A DNA stretch of 64,000 bases from NCBI GenBank assembly GCA_031554505.1, contig JAVBVI010000047.1, forward strand, positions 28,885 through 92,884. The letters are read 5' to 3'. This document shows, piece after piece, positions 58,816 through 64,000 of this stretch (the stretch's first letter is position 1; every line of letters starts with the position of its first letter). A model generated the notes under the pieces. It saw nothing but the letters and a program-made list of their open reading frames with translations, did no database searches and was not told the DNA's origin. The position numbers and the translations under genes are program-made. Origin of the DNA: Bacteroides sp. (GTDB lineage: Bacteria; Bacteroidota; Bacteroidia; Bacteroidales; Bacteroidaceae).

Positions 58816-60135
58816 ATGATTATGGAAACAACCGAACTCAAACAAATCGATTTACAACACATCGTCCGTGGCGCTTGCCTGCTGGGAAGCGGCGGAGGAG
58901 GAGGCTACGAAACGGGTATGAAGTTAGTGAGCTACTTCGCACCAGCCGCCGACACCCAACTGTATTACACGAATAGCGGCTACACCGTGCAGACCATCAC
59001 GGCAGCCGATGCCATCGGATCGGGACGGATAGGCATCGTAGTGGCTTACCTCGGATCGCCCGAGAAAGCAGCCCGGCTCACCTACCCACGAGCGGCCGAA
59101 GCAGCCGTTCGCAAAGCAGCGGAACTTACGGGAGTACCCGTGAACCAGTTGTTCATCATACCGGCCGAAATAGGAGCTATCTCCAGCGCCACCGCCTGTC
59201 TGGTAGCAGCTCGGCTGGATGTTCCGGTACTCAACGGAGATCCCGCAGGAAGAGCGGTACCCACCTTGAGCCTCCTGGCGTTCTCGGCCCACGGCCTGTC
59301 GGTGAACCCCACCGTACTCTCCTCCGAGCCTGCCGGAGACGAAGACTCCATCCACACTGTACTGGAAGTAGAAAACGATACAGACGTCAGCGCCGCCTCA
59401 AAAATCGAGACACTGGCACGTCCTGTAGTGAGCCAACCAGAGTACGACCACCTGGCCGGACTGGCCCTGTGGGTGATGAAGGATACCAGTAACCTGGAAA
59501 ACATGATCGTACCGGGCACACTCTCCCTTTGCCAGTCGGTAGGGACTTTCTTCGCCGGGAAACAGAGGGTCGAGGAGCACTTCAAGCCGAAATCCATCCT
59601 CCCCTTCTTTCAAGAATACTGGAAACGTATGGACATGTACTACCCATGCCACTTCTACACGGGTACTCTTCAGAGCGCCTATACGAAAACATTGGGCGGC
59701 TTCGACATGGGCGTCATCGACGTGCAGGTAGACAACCAACTCGTGAAAATGCTTTTCCAGAACGAAACGTTACTGGTATGGGACTCGGCGAAAGAAGTAC
59801 CGCCCATCATGGCACCCGACCTGATCGCATACATCATCGAGGACGACTACATCCCGGAGAAGGGCCGGCAACTGCTCTTCACCAACGAGGACATCATGGA
59901 GAACGGCGTCCTGAAAGAAGAGCTGGAGGGCAAAACCATCCATATCTTCGGCTTCACCTCTCCCTCCCTGCTGCTACGCAGCGAACAGGCGGTGGCCAAC
60001 GAAAGAGCCAGCCTGCTCTCTTCCCTATCGATGAGGAACGAGAACGAGGCTGGCGAAGGTGTGTTGCCGAAGAACTTTATGGCAGTGGTCAACAGCCTGG
60101 GATACTACGGGTGTCCCATCCTGATGATCCAGTGA
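58816..60135 (+). CDS. DUF917 family protein (S-methyl thiohydantoin desulfurase-like)
   Basis: GACLLGSGGGG, LGSP, AEIG, GDPAGRAVP.L, GGFD.G, QNE.L and APDLI motifs. Confidence 0.85.
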   Translation: MIMETTELKQIDLQHIVRGACLLGSGGGGGYETGMKLVSYFAPAADTQLYYTNSGYTVQTITAADAIGSGRIGIVVAYLGSPEKAARLTYPRAAEAAVRKAAELTGVPVNQLFIIPAEIGAISSATACLVAARLDVPVLNGDPAGRAVPTLSLLAFSAHGLSVNPTVLSSEPAGDEDSIHTVLEVENDTDVSAASKIETLARPVVSQPEYDHLAGLALWVMKDTSNLENMIVPGTLSLCQSVGTFFAGKQRVEEHFKPKSILPFFQEYWKRMDMYYPCHFYTGTLQSAYTKTLGGFDMGVIDVQVDNQLVKMLFQNETLLVWDSAKEVPPIMAPDLIAYIIEDDYIPEKGRQLLFTNEDIMENGVLKEELEGKTIHIFGFTSPSLLLRSEQAVANERASLLSSLSMRNENEAGEGVLPKNFMAVVNSLGYYGCPILMIQ

Positions 60136-60139
60136 CACA

Positions 60140-61867
60140 TTATTTATAGATACACTGCACCACTTCCACCTGGGAAGGGTTGTTGCGGTCGGTCTTCTTC
60201 ACCCAGCGTCCGGTATGGTCGTACTCATAGTACGCATTGCTATCGATGGGGTTGCCGAATTCATCGTACAGATACGTGAGTACGCTCTGTGTCTTGGTGC
60301 TATTGGCCAGGGTCTTCTCGATGACCTGTTGGCGAAGGTATCCATACGCATCGTACTCGCATGTTTCGGTTTGTCCGATGACGTAGGTGGGTTGCAATGT
60401 CTCGGGCATGGCAAAGGAGGAAAGTGTTTTTTCCAGTTCGCCCCGGTCGTCATACTGATAGTTCACCGAAGTGACCAGCTTTCCACCGGTGTACTCCTGC
60501 TGCTCTGTCACACGAGCCTGGGCATCGTACCGGCGGAGTAGCAGTTGCCCATCGGCAGTGCGTAGAGAGTCGGACAGCAGTTCGCCTGTAGGTGCGAAGA
60601 CACTGGCCCGGCGATAGACTTCACTGCCGGCTTTCGTGTCCACCCGGCTCTCGAGGGTACAGCGACCGTTGGCGTCGAAGGTGTACGTGGTGGTAAAGAG
60701 CGCTTCGTCCGTACCCGTCAGCACACTGGAATCGACCTGTTTCAGGGCGCCTTTCTCGTTGTATGTATAGTTGTTAGTGGTCGTTTTATCAGCTCCCGTC
60801 TCGGTGGATTTCACCAACTTGCCTTTGCTGTATGCATAGGTGTACGCGGGGGCTTGCCAGATGACGTGTTCCTCGAAGGTAGCACGCAGACCCACAGCCT
60901 TGTCGCGAAACTCCTTGTAACGGTGTGTCAGCAGGTAGTTCTTGACCAGGGCCAACTGGTCGGCACCTGTCACGGCACTCTTCAACACCTCATAGTCTAC
61001 ACTGTCAGTGCGGTATTCCAACGAGGCAGAATGCTTGCGGTCGGCAGCCGTGAGGCGTGCATCCGTACGATACGTGTCAATGGCGCTTTTCAGGGTAGCC
61101 AGCTCCTGCGGTTGGAGGGTGAGCTGATACAGGAAGTCATCGTACAGCGAGCGGGCCTGGGTCATCGACCGGCGGTTTTCGGGTCGTCCGAAGAAGCCGT
61201 TGACCGTGGTGTTGTCGAAATACAACTTGAAAGCCTCTATCGAAGGAGTCTTGCTTACGGTACGGAACAGTCCGTCATCGTACACATTCATCACCTGGAG
61301 CAGGAAGCGCCCCTGGGGATATTCTTTCAGGTAGAGTTCGCACTGCGTCGCCTGCGGATTAGCCTTGACGACATCGTACATCGCTTCCTCGCGGATATCC
61401 TGAATAGCGGCCAACTTCGCCTTGTTCATCGGATACTGGGTGGAAGCCACGGAGTCGAGTACCGTCCGGGTAAGGGCCAGCCTATCGGTCGAAACAGACA
61501 ACAGCGCCACCAACCGGTCGTCGGTAAGCATGCGTAACTGTTCGACGTCGACTTTGGCTCTTCCACAGATAGCTGGGAAAGAGTACGCCATAGCTGCTTT
61601 GTACGTAGAGAAATAGTGGGGAATGGAATCGACCTTTTTAACGTTCCATATTTCGTTGATGTAGTCTATCAACGCCACTTCATCGGGATAATACAACTGG
61701 GTCTCGTTATCGAGTTTAGCCCTGTTTTTCTGAAATTTCACGGTGTCATTGTCCACCAGATACTCCAGCAATTTTTCAATTTTACTTACCTTTTGCGCAT
61801 TTGTCTTCACAAGTGGCAATGAGGCACAGAGTAAAAGAATCATCAAAATAATTCCAAACTTTTTCAT
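60140..61867 (-). CDS. Exported protein with helical N-terminal region and C-terminal YD/RHS-like repeats
   Basis: Signal peptide; YTYNEKG, YTFDANG, YQYDDRG, EYDAYG, YLYDEFGN and YEYDHTGRW repeats. Confidence 0.8.
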   Translation of the reverse strand: MKKFGIILMILLLCASLPLVKTNAQKVSKIEKLLEYLVDNDTVKFQKNRAKLDNETQLYYPDEVALIDYINEIWNVKKVDSIPHYFSTYKAAMAYSFPAICGRAKVDVEQLRMLTDDRLVALLSVSTDRLALTRTVLDSVASTQYPMNKAKLAAIQDIREEAMYDVVKANPQATQCELYLKEYPQGRFLLQVMNVYDDGLFRTVSKTPSIEAFKLYFDNTTVNGFFGRPENRRSMTQARSLYDDFLYQLTLQPQELATLKSAIDTYRTDARLTAADRKHSASLEYRTDSVDYEVLKSAVTGADQLALVKNYLLTHRYKEFRDKAVGLRATFEEHVIWQAPAYTYAYSKGKLVKSTETGADKTTTNNYTYNEKGALKQVDSSVLTGTDEALFTTTYTFDANGRCTLESRVDTKAGSEVYRRASVFAPTGELLSDSLRTADGQLLLRRYDAQARVTEQQEYTGGKLVTSVNYQYDDRGELEKTLSSFAMPETLQPTYVIGQTETCEYDAYGYLRQQVIEKTLANSTKTQSVLTYLYDEFGNPIDSNAYYEYDHTGRWVKKTDRNNPSQVEVVQCIYK

Positions 61868-61973
61868 TTGCCATATTTTTTTTAAGTTAAGGTAATCATG
61901 GTAATTTACTTAAAAAAAACAAGGCAACTCGCTTTCTGTTTAGCTTGGAAGTGTTATTTTTTCACAATACTGT

Positions 61974-62474
61974 TTATTTCATCTTTTCGAGGTATCCTAC
62001 GGGGATATCCACCTGGGCGCATCCGAGTACATCGAGCCGCACGACGACCTTACTGTTACCGTTGATGGTAACGAGTTCGCCCTCCAATCCACTCAACTGG
62101 CCTTTGACCACACGCACCATCTCGCCGGGAGCAAAATTTTCGCTGGTCATGGTCACGGTCTCCTCGGAAAAGTCGAGCATGAAGCGGAAGCGCTCCATCT
62201 GCTTATCGGGAATGACAGCCGGTACGCTGGTACCCCGCAACACCATGTAGCGCGTCACGGACGAAAGAGCTACCACCTGCGTACGTTCCTCGAGTGTGAC
62301 GTGGACGAAAATCATCATCGGAATAACGACGCGTTCCACGGTCTTCCGGCGATCGCTCCACTGACGCACTTCTTTCTGTATGGGAAGGTAACTCTCAATT
62401 CCCAATTGGGCCAGGCGCTCATGAGTTTTCTTTTCGTGATGCATACGTACGTATGCGACAAGCCATTGCTTCAT
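61974..62474 (-). CDS. upxY: UpxY-family transcription antiterminator (NusG paralogue)
   Basis: WLVAYV..HHEKK, YLP, RQWSDR.K, PAVIPD.QM..F and KOW VRVVKGQLSGLEGEL motifs. Confidence 0.95.
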   Translation of the reverse strand: MKQWLVAYVRMHHEKKTHERLAQLGIESYLPIQKEVRQWSDRRKTVERVVIPMMIFVHVTLEERTQVVALSSVTRYMVLRGTSVPAVIPDKQMERFRFMLDFSEETVTMTSENFAPGEMVRVVKGQLSGLEGELVTINGNSKVVVRLDVLGCAQVDIPVGYLEKMK

Positions 62475-62500
62475 GTAGTTTTTATTTCGATTCAGTGTGA

Positions 62501-62531
62501 CAAAAGTACTGCTTTTTTCGGTATAGCACAA
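62501..62531 (-). promoter_or_regulatory. Promoter of upxY
   Basis: TACTTTTG (62501-62508) with TTG 20 nt upstream; only about 20 nt of leader. Confidence 0.65.
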
Positions 62532-62954
62532 TAAAAAACACTTTAGCCGAAAGGAAATAAAGATAAATAACACGAATTATATTTCGTTTTACTTTACAAA
62601 TATATCTTTAGAAATCAGTCTGCCAATGGTTACACACTCATGCCAACCACCCATTTCCTGACAAAATGGTTCGGACAATTTATTCTCTAAACGCCCCTAT
62701 GAATGAATATTTTATTCAACAATGAAATCAAATAAAACAACTTTAATCCCCTACGATACAATGAAGTACAAAAAGAGCAACTAAAAACAAGGGCAGATTC
62801 AGACATGAAAGACAGGCTCAAAATGTACAAATAGTTCGCATCCTATTGTAGAAAGCAATCAATTAGTTGTATAAAATTTTATTTTTCATTTTTCTGCGAA
62901 ATATTTTGATATATTATTTTCTACATAGAATTTTATTCTATAAATTTGCAGCAG

Positions 62955-63190
62955 AAATTAGAATAAAAGTCTACCGGCCTTCTCTGGAAAATAGTTTCTC
63001 TAGGGCCAATGTTACCAAGGATCCGAAAACACTCGAAACTAGTCAATAAGTGATATACATACGACCGTCACGCGCACGCGAAAAGCAAGACATCGACAAC
63101 TACTGGTCGCTTAGTACTTTCATCTAACCTTTTATAAATGATCCTCACTTCATCTGTTCTCCCCGAACAGATGAAGTGAGGACTTTTATT
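62955..63190 (+). ncRNA. Candidate structured non-coding RNA (~230 nt)
   Basis: TAAATTTG promoter box at 62941-62948, no convincing ORF, internal stems (GGCC/GGCC, CGACC/GGTCG), and a strong terminator at the end. Confidence 0.5.
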
Positions 63191-63194
63191 TTAT
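63142..63194 (+). terminator. Intrinsic terminator
   Basis: 18-bp perfect stem TCCTCACTTCATCTGTTC/GAACAGATGAAGTGAGGA followed by CTTTTATTTT. Confidence 0.88.
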
Positions 63195-63245
63195 GGCTAT
63201 TTGATTTCCTCCTTGCGCCAGAGGATCGCGTGTCCACAGACGTTC

Positions 63246-63500
63246 TTGCCCCAGAGGGTAGGGTGTTCAGTTAAGGGTGCTCATTTTTTGAATCTGTACT
63301 CCTTGCCCCGTAGGGGCTACGTGTCCGTAGCCGGGGGTGTAAGCCCCCGGAATGGTTGCACAGCCATCTACGCGCCACGTAGTGGTGCTGTTATGCTCGC
63401 TCTTGGAATTATACACGGCACCACTACGTGGCGCATGTATGGGATATATCTGCCCCGGGGGCTTACCCCCCCCGGCTACGGACACCAACCCCTCTGGGGC
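63246..63500. repeat. REP/REPIN-like nested palindromes
   Basis: Outer arms GTGTCCGTAGCCGGGGGTGTAAGCCCCCGG / CCGGGGGCTTACCCCCCCGGCTACGGACAC; inner arms GCGCCACGTAGTGGTGC / GCACCACTACGTGGCGC; GCCCC-N-AG(A/G)GG units. Confidence 0.85.
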
Positions 63501-63583
63501 AGGGGGAAGAAAGCGGATAATCATATTAAATTAAAATGGAAATACTATATTTGCAGAATATTCAATGACTAAACTGTATAATC

Positions 63584-64000
63584 ATGGCCAATACTTACAC
63601 TCAAATCTATGTTCAGATCATTTTTGCTGTAAAAGATCGTTTTTGTATGATCCCAGAATCATTTCGGGAAGAATTCCAAAGATATATTTCAGGAATTATT
63701 ACGCAGGATAAATGCAAACTATATTCTATTTATTGCAATCCCGACCACGTACATCTTCTGGTCGGAATGCATCCTGCCTTATCTATATCTGATCTAACAA
63801 GGGATATTAAAGCTGTATCTTCAAAATTCATTAATGAAAAAGCAATATTTCCTTGTCACTTCAACTGGCAGGATGGATTTGGAGCATTCACCTATTCTCA
63901 ATCACAAATAGAAAATGTAATCGGGTATATAGAGAACCAACCCCAACATCATCAAAAACAATCATTCAAAGATGAATATCTTGCTTTTCTGGATAAGTTT
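63584..64000 (+). CDS. tnpA: IS200/IS605-family Y1 transposase, REP-associated (RAYT-like); runs off the window end
   Basis: My translation: MANTYTQIYVQIIFAVK..PDHVHLL (HUH)..WQDGFGAFTYS..YIENQ..HH. Confidence 0.92.
   Translation, partial: MANTYTQIYVQIIFAVKDRFCMIPESFREEFQRYISGIITQDKCKLYSIYCNPDHVHLLVGMHPALSISDLTRDIKAVSSKFINEKAIFPCHFNWQDGFGAFTYSQSQIENVIGYIENQPQHHQKQSFKDEYLAFLDKF

Noticed and set aside
60140-61867. T6SS/RHS polymorphic toxin
   Set aside because: There is no PAAR/VgrG context, no DPxG cleavage motif or toxin tip, and no immunity gene.
63201-63572. ORFs across the REPIN
   Set aside because: They are by-products of GC-rich palindromes with no protein features.

Overview
Bacteroidales chromosomal window (TAnnTTTG promoters, UpxY, BT4734/DUF3987, HU-like and DUF4248 genes), mostly transcribed on the minus strand. 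Left to right: (1) 1-2.9 kb, small TA/defence-like cassettes bounded by duplicated terminators. (2) 2.9-35.3 kb, a Wzx/Wzy capsular or exo-polysaccharide operon (wecA-like, wzx, wzy, wzz, wza, gmd-fcl, rmlA, an fnlA/qnlA/qnlB-type set, a vioA-type aminotransferase). It carries an unusual embedded organic-acid block (U32-like, CitE/HpcH-like lyase, aldo-keto reductase, PrpD, AepY-like decarboxylase without a PEP mutase, ATP-grasp, split hydro-lyase) and an IS630 inserted between the two hydro-lyase subunits. (3) 35.4-52 kb, the HU/DUF4248/BT4734-DUF3987/muramidase module, split by a repeat-bounded block (orphan HigA-ImmA plus a 3-ketoglycoside-type sugar pathway ending in a tetraheme cytochrome c-FGE fusion) and a second terminator-bounded ATPase/TA cassette. 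(4) 52.7-60.1 kb, a plus-strand five-gene cluster and the best candidate for an undescribed system: two paralogous signal-less proteins with MACPF/CDC-like motifs, a secreted protein, an effector-less STAND-TPR NTPase and a DUF917 enzyme, divergent from a LytTR-muramidase pair. (5) A YD-repeat exported protein, a leaderless upxY, a candidate ~230-nt ncRNA and a REPIN next to a RAYT-type transposase. All family assignments are by-eye motif recognition; no database searches were run.
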